From the IMG/VR virus record IMGVR_UViG_3300044825_001572, positions 12,730-76,729 of that record: a stretch of 64,000 bases of DNA, one strand, 5' to 3'. The DNA is from a virus. Under the pieces are notes generated by a model. That model ran no database searches, had not been told where the DNA came from, and saw nothing but the letters and a program-made list of their open reading frames with translations. A program made the position numbers and the translations under genes. Below, piece by piece: positions 21,301-31,400 of this stretch (position 1 is the stretch's first letter; each line of letters starts with the position of its first letter).

Positions 21301-23431
21301 TAACTTGTAGGTCTCTAGTAACTGTTACATCTTGAGGGGCAGTAAATTGTGATGGGATACTTAATGTTGGTGTTGAACCCTCACCAGTTCCACTTGTTAC
21401 TGTAATTTGATTTGATGTTCCAGAAATTGACTGAACATAATCACCAGTAGTATCTGTACCAAGTCCAACTGAGTTTGGTTGAATTGTTGCTGCTAATGAT
21501 ACATTACCAGTACCATCAAAACTAATTGCTGATGCAACAACGTCACCCGTAATTTCAAAAGTTCTTGGAGTTACTAATCGTGTTGCGGAACCAGCAATAC
21601 CAGTTAATGAACCTACAAATGTTGTTGCTGTGACGACACCAGTAACTAATGTATCTCCGGATACGTGAAGTCTAGATGTTGGATTTGTGGTTCCAATACC
21701 AACCCTTTGAGTAGAGTTATTAACAACAAACCAAGTATTTGCCGAACTTCTACCTTCAAATGATACAATTTCGCTGGAACTTCTTGTGAATCTAAATGTG
21801 TCTCCACCACCACTACCAGAATCATTTATTGCTTGAAAATAAAATGTTTCATTATTTGCACCAACATTCCAGTTTCTATTGTTAGTTGTCGCATCTTCAT
21901 CAACAAATCTAATAACAGGATCAACTGATTGTAAATGTAGTTCTTCTCTTGGATTTGTGGTTCCAATTCCAACCCAACCATACCCACCACCTTTAATTAC
22001 AAAAGCACTTGAATCTGGATTTGCACTATCTTCAACTACAAAAGCATTACCAGAACCAGATTGAGTAATTCTTAATGCATCGTTAGAACTATTGACCGAT
22101 ATTGTTGCAATTCCAGAAACATTTAATTGCGTTGATGTTAAATTAGTTAATGTGGTAATTCCAGAAGAATTTATATTTGTTAATGTTGCATTACTGCTAG
22201 TTAAAGAAGTGATTACTCCAGATAAAATATTTGCAGTATTATAGTTTAATGTAGTACCCGAAATCGTTGTTGCTGTATTAACTCCAGAAGAATTTAAATT
22301 TCCAGTAATATTACCAAAAAATGTTGTTGCTGTGACGACACCAGTAACTAATGTATCTCCGGATACGTGAAGTCTAGATGTTGGATTTAAAACATTTATT
22401 CCAACATTTCCAGTTGAACTTACTCGTAATCTCCTAGTGTTTGCAGTAAATATATCAAAATTTCCAAGTTCTCCTGAAGTTTGTCCCGCACTTATAGATA
22501 CAGTTCCAGAGCCTCTGTTTAAAATTTGTAATCCGCCATCATCAGTTCCATTTCGTATTAATCTAGCTTGATAGTCTGTATATAAAAGTTGTGGAAAATT
22601 CCCCCCACCAAAATCAATATATTTGGGAAGATCTGTATTTCCCATACCTATTTCAAATGATCTTCCATTATCTGCCCCCATTCTAGTAACAGAATTATTA
22701 AATGAATTTGCTACTATCCATTCAGTATCATAAAATGTAAAAGTATTAAATATTTGACTATCACTATCAGAATAAAATGGAATAAATGGATTTGTGGTAC
22801 CTATTCCTATTCCATATCTTGTTTGAGTTACAGCAATTCCAGAAACATTATAACCAGAAGCTTCTCCTTTCAATGTAGTGATTAAATTGTATGTTCCTCC
22901 AATAGATACATTTAAATTTCCATTTATAACGGAATTACCATTAACCTGAAATGTTGATTGTGGATTTGTGGTTCCTATTCCAACAAAACCACTTGAGTTT
23001 ACAGTTACATCATCTTCTCCACCACCATCTCTTCTTAAACCATTAGGACTAAAATCATCTAAGAATGCTAATTGTCCTAAGTATTGATTGAGTGGTACTT
23101 GAGATGCTCCATAACCAACATCTGCTTGAGTTACTACATTCCAATATTGACCTCCGTATAATTCAGTAATAGTTCCACCAACTGCTAGAGTTGATTGTGG
23201 ATTTGTGGTTCCTATACCAACATTTCCATCATTATAATATACACTACCACCAGGATTTTCGGTCCAAACGTTCAATAGTGTAACGGTAGTTCCTATTCCA
23301 ACAGCTTCTTTCTTTGTGAATAGTCTACCATCATTTGTATTGAGTGCTAGTTCCCCCAGTTCTACTTGATTAGTAGAAGGTCTCTTCCCTGGAACAGCAG
23401 AACGCTTAAACTTTATGTAATTTGTTGCCAT
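18335..23431 (-). CDS. Long tail fibre with gp37-like N-terminus and C-terminal peptidase S74 intramolecular chaperone
   Basis: N-terminus IKFKRSAVPGKRP...GELALNTNDGRLF; NNFLGYQAG-type repeats; C-terminus SDIRLKENI...GVIAQDIEKVLPELV...VNYNGLIGLLIE. Confidence 0.85.
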   Translation of the reverse strand: MATNYIKFKRSAVPGKRPSTNQVELGELALNTNDGRLFTKKEAVGIGTTVTLLNVWTENPGGSVYYNDGNVGIGTTNPQSTLAVGGTITELYGGQYWNVVTQADVGYGASQVPLNQYLGQLAFLDDFSPNGLRRDGGGEDDVTVNSSGFVGIGTTNPQSTFQVNGNSVINGNLNVSIGGTYNLITTLKGEASGYNVSGIAVTQTRYGIGIGTTNPFIPFYSDSDSQIFNTFTFYDTEWIVANSFNNSVTRMGADNGRSFEIGMGNTDLPKYIDFGGGNFPQLLYTDYQARLIRNGTDDGGLQILNRGSGTVSISAGQTSGELGNFDIFTANTRRLRVSSTGNVGINVLNPTSRLHVSGDTLVTGVVTATTFFGNITGNLNSSGVNTATTISGTTLNYNTANILSGVITSLTSSNATLTNINSSGITTLTNLTSTQLNVSGIATISVNSSNDALRITQSGSGNAFVVEDSANPDSSAFVIKGGGYGWVGIGTTNPREELHLQSVDPVIRFVDEDATTNNRNWNVGANNETFYFQAINDSGSGGGDTFRFTRSSSEIVSFEGRSSANTWFVVNNSTQRVGIGTTNPTSRLHVSGDTLVTGVVTATTFVGSLTGIAGSATRLVTPRTFEITGDVVASAISFDGTGNVSLAATIQPNSVGLGTDTTGDYVQSISGTSNQITVTSGTGEGSTPTLSIPSQFTAPQDVTVTRDLQVNRNLNVTGNITIGGTSATLFTTELKVSDPDIVLGFRTDSNNNDVSNDTTANHGGISVASTEGSPLVSIYNPGIGESTLPTYKKIMWFKSGSFAGLNTDAWLINYAVGIGSTQFPTRTHLAVGNVQFTQNDLAVIRNINSSGVGTIPTLSGTTATYTTGNFTTGNIVTGIVTNISGTNLNYTGVGTITSLNSTNVTLTNINSSGVSTLGITTFTGAVSFGTSAYFGDNDILYFGDGNDLRIYHDGGNSIIGDFGTGNLYLTGDNNVLITNAAGSETKASFISNGPVGLYFDNVKEFETTGYGATVFGILQTQGLQSSGIATISVNSSNDALRITQTGTGNALVVEDSANPDSSAFVITSSGSVGIGSTNPTVKLEVDGTIGFNGTNIRLGDSTTNTSIDGDYNFFAGVGAGELAITGYNNNFIGYQVGYSNIGGNYNNFLGYQVGYTNNSGTGNNFLGNSAGYTNFDGSYNNFIGEQSGYNNSDGSENIFIGSLAGFVNNTGNGNVFLGSYAGYNVTGSYNVAVGFSAEPAIPGGSTQLAIGSNGVNWIYGNSSGNIGIGTTNPTEKLDVVGNIKLTGSIYGPSTLIIDPAVVGDDTGAVRIKGDLYVDGTQFIVNSSTIELADFNVGIATTVGTNALLDGAGIGIGSTGIRKTITWNNTAGALTSSEDWNLVSGKQYEINGTSVLSSTTLGSGVINSSLTSVGTLGQLNVSGVATATTFVGNLTGTATTSTNVVGAANRILYNSATNTTTTSSNLSYDGNFVAITRSGDLGLLLRSGFSTSNTGISVGRNNGDLTIAVAGAPGQYANNAAQGDIIFRSEFSGRFLFNRQATNASLAIDGSNILVGSVSSTGTASQPLQVTGGAYVSGNLGIGTANPTSRLHIQGDALITGVTTSTDFNSASDIRLKENIKPIENPIDKILNITGVSFDWKETGKSSMGVIAQDIEKVLPELVNGEETKTVNYNGLIGLLIEVVKEQQNQINILKEKLG
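21618..22388. repeat. Perfect ~70 bp intragenic direct repeat
   Basis: aatgttgttgctgtgacgacaccagtaactaatgtatctccggatacgtgaagtctagatgttggattt at ~21618 and ~22320. Confidence 0.85.
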
Positions 23432-23480
23432 AATCCTGGTATATACCTAAATTAAAAGCTTATATAAGCCTTTTCACTAT

Positions 23481-26400
23481 TTAGACTGTAAACCTATCCC
23501 TAGAAATCTTAATAGTATTGTTTCTATAGGTTGGAGTAAATTGAAGATTTGCAGAATATTGTGGATTGGAACCCTCTACTATATTAGCAGAAAATGTTCC
23601 CAAAATTTCTTCATTAGCTACAGTTGAATATTCCATATAATCTGCAGCGGTATTTCCAGAACCTACAGATTGTAATAACATTACATCACTTACCTGGAAA
23701 TTATTAACTGTGATTGGATTGAAACTAAATCCAGAACCAACATTTCCATTATCGAAAGTATTATTTACAGAAATTATACTACCAGAAGTATATCCAGAAC
23801 CAGGAGAAACTACAGATACATTTGTTATTTTTCCTCCAGCAAGAACTATAGGATTGCTACTTGCAAAAGATACGTTAGCAACATTACTAGAAGTTAAAGT
23901 ACCAATTCCAGGTCTTGTAGATAGTTTTAATGTTGATGCTGTAGGAATTTCTGCGATATAATAGATTTGTGTAGTAACTCCATATCCAGGTCCAGGAAGA
24001 ATACCGGGGAATCCAAGAGAAGCGGAAGCTCTAGCAGTAGATCCAATTCCAGATACTGGAGCAGTTATAGTTACAACTGCAGATTGAGCCGTAGTGTAAC
24101 CAATACCAGTACTTGTTACTGTAATTGTTGATACCCCAAAACCAACTATACCCGTAGTTCCGCTTGGGCTGAATGTAGCAATTCCAGATTGAGCTAAATC
24201 AAATTGTGTATAACCAGCACCAGAATTTGTAATTACTACATTAGTTACAATAATAGTTGATACTGCAGCACCAACACCTGATCCAGTATCTCCAGGAACT
24301 CCACCAGAGAATGATACTGAAGGAATTGATACAGAATATCCTGCCCCTGGATTAGTAACTAAAATCTCACTAATTCCTACCCCTACAGATCCTCTAGTAC
24401 TTGTACCAATACCAGTTGGTGAACTAAATGTTACTGATGGAATAAAGGTATAACCTGCTCCTGGATTAGTGATAGTAATGTTGGAAGATGTAACTCCAAG
24501 ACCTAATGAATTGACCATTCCACCAGCTCCAGTTATACCATCAACAGCTGTAACTGATATAGATGGGTTAGATGTATAACCACTTCCAAATTCATTAACA
24601 AATACAGTACCAATTCCCATTACAGCAGAAGCGGAAGCGCCATTACCAAGACCACCACTTGGAGATAAGAAAACAGAAGATACTGTAGTCACACCAAAAC
24701 CGACATTAAGCACTTGGATATCAGTCAAGAACATTTGCGTAATTGTCGCTACAGCAACTGTCTCTGGAGTTCCTCCAGTAAATACAATTATTGGTGGAAC
24801 AGTATAACCAAATCCAGGATTGGTAATAGAAATACTTTCAACTTGACCTGAGACATTGATTTGTGCTGTACCTTGTGCTCCAGTACCAATTCCACCTACA
24901 GGACTAAATGAAACAGATGGATTACTATCATAACCACCTCCACCACTAATTAAAATTCCAGTTCCACTAACCCCCATCCCAACTCTACCAACAAAATTTG
25001 TTGGAGATGGTGATACTGTTAATGTAGGAGCTATAGTATATCCAGAACCTGGTAAAATATTTGTAAAGGTTACAATACCTAAATTACAACCAATAGTTGC
25101 TGTAGTACCTATTCCTGCTGGACTACCAACAGTTAGAATTGGAGGTCTAGTATATCCTGCACCTGGATTTGGAATACTAAAATGGGTTGAAATACTAAGA
25201 GTATTTACTACAGCAGTTGCAGTTGTTCCTACTCCCGTTGGAGATTGTATTGTAATGGTTGGATAATTTGGTCCGCTAGTTCCAGCGTATCCAAATCCTG
25301 TACCATCAATCCTAATGTTAGTAGCAAATAATCTATTGACCCTAGCAGTAGCAGCAGTTCCAACATTATTTCCTGGTACAGAGACTGTTGGAATAAATGA
25401 ATAGTTAAAACCACTATTAGTAACAACAATTGTAGAAATGCCAAATCCAATCCGCCCAGTTGCAGTAGTACCAACTCCAATTGGCGCATTAAATGTTACT
25501 GTAGGAATTTCTGTATGAATTCCTGCTTGAGTTATCCTAAAGTCAGTAATGCACATAGTAGCTACTTGAGCTGTAGCTGTAGAGCCTATTCCAGATACTC
25601 CAGAAATAGGAGGATTATTCGTAGGAGCTGAAATATTTACTGTTGGGAAATTTGTATAACCAAATCCAGTATTTGTAATATTAATAGAAGTTAATCTAGA
25701 ATTTTCTGCCGCAGTTGGTGGAATAGCCTGATTGAAAAGAATAGGCTTGTTTACGTTTAATGATGAAACATCATTCTGGAAAGCAAAATTTCCATCTTGA
25801 ATTGCAGTAAGTGTTAATGATGTTTCAGGCTCTACGGTTAGATTAGCTCTAGCATCATTTCCACTACCACTTGTTGTTAATAGTTCTATGTTAGTATAAC
25901 TTCCACTAACATAATCTTGACCTTGACTTAAATTACTTATTGATCTAGATGATGAAGAAGTTCCAGAACCAATTAACTGTCCGTTACAAGTAATTTGAAT
26001 ATTATATCTTGCACTTCTTTCAAATCCACAATCTAAACTATCTAACGTAACTGCTGAAGTGGATGTAGTAACAACTTCAGTATTTCTAAATTGTGGAGGT
26101 AAATATTCATCAAGGAATGCAAGTTGTCCTAGGTATTGATTGAGTGGTACTTGAGATGCTCCATATCCAACATCAGCTTGAGTTACTACATTCCAATATT
26201 GACCGGCAAATTCCTCGGTAATAGTTCCACCAATTGCTAGTGTAGATCCTGGATTTGTAGTTCCAATTCCCAATCTACCAGTAGTAGGTACATAGCGAAT
26301 TCCAGATGCATTAATATCTAAAGTATCTCTAATGGTAGTAATTCCAGAGAATATACTTCTCCCATTTAATAATGTACTTCCACTTACATTTAGATTTGCA

Positions 26401-28019
26401 GTTGGGGAAGTAGTTCCAATACCTAGACTATTTGTTGATGGATTATAAGCTAAGTTATCACTGTCTAATAATATACTTTGATTTAATGAACCAGTGGTTC
26501 TTTCAACAAATGATAGATAATAAGTTTGATTAGTATTAACCCTATCAATTGTAGTTACAGAAGTAGCGGAACCTACATTCACGCCAGAAGCAGAACCCCA
26601 TACTGGAGAACTAGAGCTACCTTTAGATAGTAAGACTTGACCATCAGTTCCAGCATTCCCATTTAAATTTAAAGTTCCAGTTAAATTTATATTTCCATTG
26701 ACATCTAAATTATATCTTGCTACAGTAGTTCCAATACCAACTGAAGATGCAATACTTACTGTAGAACCACTACTAATAAAGAAATTATTTACTGTAGTAA
26801 TTCCAGTTACTGTTAAGTTTCTTGATGTGGTTAATCCAGTAACACCTAAAGAACTTAAAGTAGAAATTCCAGATACTTGTAAATCTCTAGCTGTTGTTAA
26901 TCCAGTAACTCCTAAAGTTCCTAATGTAGTAATTCCAGTTACTGTTAAGTTTCTTGATGTGGTTAATCCAGTAACACCTAAAGTTTCTAATGTAGTAATT
27001 CCAGTTACTCTTAAATCTCTTGAAGTTGTTAATCCGGAAACTCCAATATTTTGTTGAAATGTTGCAATTCCTGTAACATTTAAATCATTAAATGTATTTG
27101 GAGCATTTGCAATCGCAGTTTCAATTGTTGCAGTGGTAACTGCATCTAAAGAAGCAATATTTTGAAGTTGTCTTGAACTGCTGATAACTTGAGTAGTACC
27201 AATATTTAAAGTCTGAGATGAAATTGAAGTTCTAGATACTAAACTATTTACAGTAGCAACTCCACTAATGTTTGTAGTCCCTCTTACATCTAAAGTTGCT
27301 ATTGGTAATGTAGTTCCAATTCCTACTGCATCTTCAGTAATTTTAAATACAATTGTAGTATCGTTTATAGTAAATCTATCAACTTCAAAAGCATTAGTTT
27401 TTATTGAATTAGCTGTTATTGCAGATCCTACAACTAAGTTATTTGAAATATTAGCATTCCCTAGTACATCTAATCTCTGCTTAGGTTGTGTGCTACCTAC
27501 ACCAACATTATTATTGGATGAATTAAATATAAAAGTATTTGAACCTTGTATCAGACCATTAGAATCCTTATAGGCTACAGAACCAGTTTGTCCGGAAACT
27601 AAAGATACGTCAGTAACTGTAATATCTACATCTGCTCTATCACTACCTACACCAATAACTGTAACACCAGCACCAGTAAAATTAAGTTTGAAGATACTTA
27701 ATTCATTAGTATTGGGGGCGAGATTACCATTTTGATAAACTGAAATTGCCCCAGGTTGTACTACACCACCTGCAATAATATTTGCTTTTTGAGTCCAATA
27801 TCTCTTTCCTGAACCTGAGGCATCACTGACTAAAATATATGGGTCTCCAGCTCCTATGGGAAAAGGGTTTGCACCAACAGAAGATACCCCTACAAGAGGA
27901 TCTCCTAAGTCGGGTTCAGCTTGGTCTAACCCTAAAAATTCATATCTATCAGAAGTAATTCCAGATTGTGGTCTTTTTTTTACTCTTTTACTTTGATAGC
28001 TTGGATTTGGATTCGCCAT
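23481..28019 (-). CDS. Tail fibre/baseplate-associated fibre protein (1512 aa) with ITNPGxGY repeats
   Basis: N-terminus RYEFLGLDQAEPDLGDP typical of cyanophage fibres; shares modules with 10090..12906. Confidence 0.8.
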   Translation of the reverse strand: MANPNPSYQSKRVKKRPQSGITSDRYEFLGLDQAEPDLGDPLVGVSSVGANPFPIGAGDPYILVSDASGSGKRYWTQKANIIAGGVVQPGAISVYQNGNLAPNTNELSIFKLNFTGAGVTVIGVGSDRADVDITVTDVSLVSGQTGSVAYKDSNGLIQGSNTFIFNSSNNNVGVGSTQPKQRLDVLGNANISNNLVVGSAITANSIKTNAFEVDRFTINDTTIVFKITEDAVGIGTTLPIATLDVRGTTNISGVATVNSLVSRTSISSQTLNIGTTQVISSSRQLQNIASLDAVTTATIETAIANAPNTFNDLNVTGIATFQQNIGVSGLTTSRDLRVTGITTLETLGVTGLTTSRNLTVTGITTLGTLGVTGLTTARDLQVSGISTLSSLGVTGLTTSRNLTVTGITTVNNFFISSGSTVSIASSVGIGTTVARYNLDVNGNINLTGTLNLNGNAGTDGQVLLSKGSSSSPVWGSASGVNVGSATSVTTIDRVNTNQTYYLSFVERTTGSLNQSILLDSDNLAYNPSTNSLGIGTTSPTANLNVSGSTLLNGRSIFSGITTIRDTLDINASGIRYVPTTGRLGIGTTNPGSTLAIGGTITEEFAGQYWNVVTQADVGYGASQVPLNQYLGQLAFLDEYLPPQFRNTEVVTTSTSAVTLDSLDCGFERSARYNIQITCNGQLIGSGTSSSSRSISNLSQGQDYVSGSYTNIELLTTSGSGNDARANLTVEPETSLTLTAIQDGNFAFQNDVSSLNVNKPILFNQAIPPTAAENSRLTSINITNTGFGYTNFPTVNISAPTNNPPISGVSGIGSTATAQVATMCITDFRITQAGIHTEIPTVTFNAPIGVGTTATGRIGFGISTIVVTNSGFNYSFIPTVSVPGNNVGTAATARVNRLFATNIRIDGTGFGYAGTSGPNYPTITIQSPTGVGTTATAVVNTLSISTHFSIPNPGAGYTRPPILTVGSPAGIGTTATIGCNLGIVTFTNILPGSGYTIAPTLTVSPSPTNFVGRVGMGVSGTGILISGGGGYDSNPSVSFSPVGGIGTGAQGTAQINVSGQVESISITNPGFGYTVPPIIVFTGGTPETVAVATITQMFLTDIQVLNVGFGVTTVSSVFLSPSGGLGNGASASAVMGIGTVFVNEFGSGYTSNPSISVTAVDGITGAGGMVNSLGLGVTSSNITITNPGAGYTFIPSVTFSSPTGIGTSTRGSVGVGISEILVTNPGAGYSVSIPSVSFSGGVPGDTGSGVGAAVSTIIVTNVVITNSGAGYTQFDLAQSGIATFSPSGTTGIVGFGVSTITVTSTGIGYTTAQSAVVTITAPVSGIGSTARASASLGFPGILPGPGYGVTTQIYYIAEIPTASTLKLSTRPGIGTLTSSNVANVSFASSNPIVLAGGKITNVSVVSPGSGYTSGSIISVNNTFDNGNVGSGFSFNPITVNNFQVSDVMLLQSVGSGNTAADYMEYSTVANEEILGTFSANIVEGSNPQYSANLQFTPTYRNNTIKISRDRFTV

Positions 28020-28044
28020 TTCTTATATCTTATAATCTTATTTA

Positions 28045-28401
28045 TTATTGGTTTGAAGTTTCAAGAATGGAAGTTAGGAACTTTAGATCCGTTGATGAAC
28101 TACCATTAATTGTAATGAAATCATCAGTTTCTAAAACCAATTTTCCTGGTAATAAATTGGCGGTGTCATTTCCTGGGATAGCAAAGTCTTTTAAAATTTC
28201 AGTGGTGACTGTTCCAACTCCAGAAACATTTCTATTATGATAAAAACTAATCGTCTGAGTATTTGAACCAATATTAGAACATTGTGCTAATAGAAATACA
28301 CCAACGTATCCAACAGGCGCCCTATAGATTTCTTCAGTTGTGACCCCTACAACTTTTGTTACCGTTCTAAAATTATTGACTGCGGCTGCTGCTACTGCCA
28401 T
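28045..28401 (-). CDS. Conserved cyanophage virion protein
   Basis: 118 aa; IYRAPVGYVGVFLLAQ..GKLVLETDD pattern. Confidence 0.65.
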   Translation of the reverse strand: MAVAAAAVNNFRTVTKVVGVTTEEIYRAPVGYVGVFLLAQCSNIGSNTQTISFYHNRNVSGVGTVTTEILKDFAIPGNDTANLLPGKLVLETDDFITINGSSSTDLKFLTSILETSNQ

Positions 28402-28416
28402 TTATAAAAATCCTCC

Positions 28417-31400
28417 TTATTCTGATAGAGCGAGAATGAATGGGGTCATAGTTGTAAAGAGTGCTTTTGTGAAGTCTCTTCCTGAAATTTGACCTGTTGC
28501 CTGATTAATAATTACACCATCACCAATTTTGAAGTTTCCTGCCTGATCTGTTGATGTATATACCACTATACCACCATTTTCTTGAACTACTTCATTTTCA
28601 GGAACTACAACACCACCTAACGCTGGCTTTGCTTTATTTATATCATTACCAGAACCAACCCATTCAAATGAATGTGAAGATGTAATTTGTAAGCTTACTC
28701 TAGAGAAATATACGGTAGTTCCTGCGCTGACTTCATTATTAAGATTTTGTAATAGAGAAATTGTAGAAATTCCAGAAGATGGGAGAGTTGCACTATCAAC
28801 TTTATAATAAATTGGTTGCATTCTAGAAACTCTTGCAGTTGCTTGAGTTCCAGATGATGGAGGAGCAATCTCAATAGTTGGTGGCTTTCTATATTGTGTT
28901 CCAGAATTTACTATAGTTATTGCAACTACTCTACCATTTTCTATAGTAGTAGTAGCCTGGGCAGTAATTCCATTTTGTCCTTCTGGAGTAGTAATAGTTA
29001 CTCTTGGAGCTGCAGTATAGCCAGATCCACCATCAATTACCTCAATTGTATCTACAAAATATAGTAGTTCTCCAAAATAACATACTTGACCATCATATGG
29101 TCTATAATCACCAACACCAGATACTACAACTTCGTTAGTTTTTTCTGGTGCTGTTGTAAATGCAACTCCAGTTGATCTATAGATTGATTTAGTACCAGCA
29201 TCACCAACACCATCTGCAACCAGACCTAATCTACCAAAAGAGCTATTAGAGTTTGTAATATCACACTGTCCACCAGATCCAGTAAAGACTGCTATATCAT
29301 CACAAATTGTAAAGATAGAAACTAATTGAGCATATGCACCATTAGTAATAGAAACTCCAATACCACCTTGATTGTATTGAGTGTAAGAATCTACACTCAT
29401 TGTTCCAGTTACACCGATATCATCTTGGTCTCCAAGTTCTGCAGCAAATCCATCAATTTTCATTCCTATTGATTTTGGAATAAAGTTTGTGCAGTTTCTT
29501 ACATATGGACCTTGAGTTATAGGACCAACACCTCTAGAAAATGGTGGAATTACTATACCACCAGAAACATAAGTATGTGGAATTGTTGATGGTCCTACAT
29601 TAATAGTAAATGTATCGTTTGCGGTATTTGTTCTATTAATAGCAATACCACCAGAAACATAAGTATGTGGAATTGTTGATGGTCCTACATTCACAGTGAA
29701 TGTTGAGCCGATTGCACTTAGAACTCTAAATTCAAATCCATTATTTCCTGTTGGATATAAATCGGTTGTAATTCCACTTCCTGGAGGACAAGAGAATTTT
29801 AAGTTTCTAATTTCTACTAATCCATTATACGTCACTCCAATTCCAGGAGCAGTAATTGTAGTAATTCCAGTGATGTTATCGTAAACTGCTGTAGTGATTG
29901 CTACTGGCTTATCGGTTACTATATCAAGTACTCTGAAATCAAATCCATTATTTCCTGTTGGATAAATTGTAGTTGTTCCAGAACCACTTGGACATGAGAA
30001 TTCTAATCCACGAATTCTTACTAGATCTCCAGTTTCTATTGATAAACCTTTTGCTCTAATTGTTGTAATTCCGGTTAAATTATTATAAGTTGCAGTAGTT
30101 ACGGCAACTGTTCTATCTACTACTACACCTCCACCAACATAAGTATGTGGAAGTGTTGATGGTCCAACATAAACATCAAATGAGCCATCGTTATTAATAT
30201 TATTAACAAAGAAGTCATAACCATATCTTCCAGATGGGAACGATTGTGTAGATATTCCTCCTCCAGAATTACAACTAAATCTCAAATCTCTCAACTCAAT
30301 TTGTTCACCTTCTTGTACTTTAAGACCAGGTGCTGTAATTCTAGTTCTTCCGGTTACTTCATCATAAACTGCAGTAGTAATTCCTAGAGTAGAAGTAAAT
30401 CCTATTCCAGAATTTCCTGGATATGAAGTTTTTATTCCAACAGAAGTAAATGCGGTTGATCCAAGTCCAACAATATTAGTTACAATACCAACACATGAAC
30501 GAAGTGCTGATACTACGTTGGCGCAACCATTAATTGCATTATTGAATCCAGTTAATGGATCTTTCTGCATTCCAAGATCTTTAACTTGATACTTATTGTG
30601 TGAGTAGCTGGAATATTTTTGGATAAATCCACCAGAAACATATGTGTGTGGTAGTGAAGATTGTCCAACTACAACTTCAAAAGTATTATTATTGATAACT
30701 TTAAGGACGTTAAAGATATAACCAAAAGCTCCGCTAGGATAAGTTACAATTCCAGGACCAGATGGACAAGTAAATCCTATTCCAGTAATTTTAACTGCAT
30801 CATCTTTAATTAGTCCATGATTTGTAGCAGTAATTGTAGTTATTCCAGTAAATTGATTATATTGAGCATTACTTACTGTAGTACCTAGTCCTACTGGATA
30901 CCCACCCCAAGTAACATTATTAATAATTGCTCTTGCAACATTAAATGAATAGTCAACAGAAGCTACAGTTTGAGTTACTTCACCAGGATTCTTGAGTATT
31001 TGAGGAATTAGATTCCAATTATCATCGTAATAAGACTTACCGGCATCTACTGAACGTGAATTACCACCTCTTGTGATATCATGGATGATACACTTCCAAA
31101 TACTCTTGATATCATCTGCACAATCTTGACTTTCTAATGTTACACCATATCTAATGCTTGGAAGACTAGAAGTATTTCCAGCTGCTATTGCAGATGTAAT
31201 AATTCCTACTAATTGAGATATTGTAGTTCCAACTGCAACACATCCACCAGGGACTGTAATTACTGAAGGATTAAAAGTTTGTGAAATGCTACCAACTCCA
31301 GACTGATATGAAGTAGTTGGTCCAACATTATTAATTACTGAATAAGCTATTCCTACAGCATAATTTAAAGTTTGAATTGTAGCCTGACTTACCCCAACTC

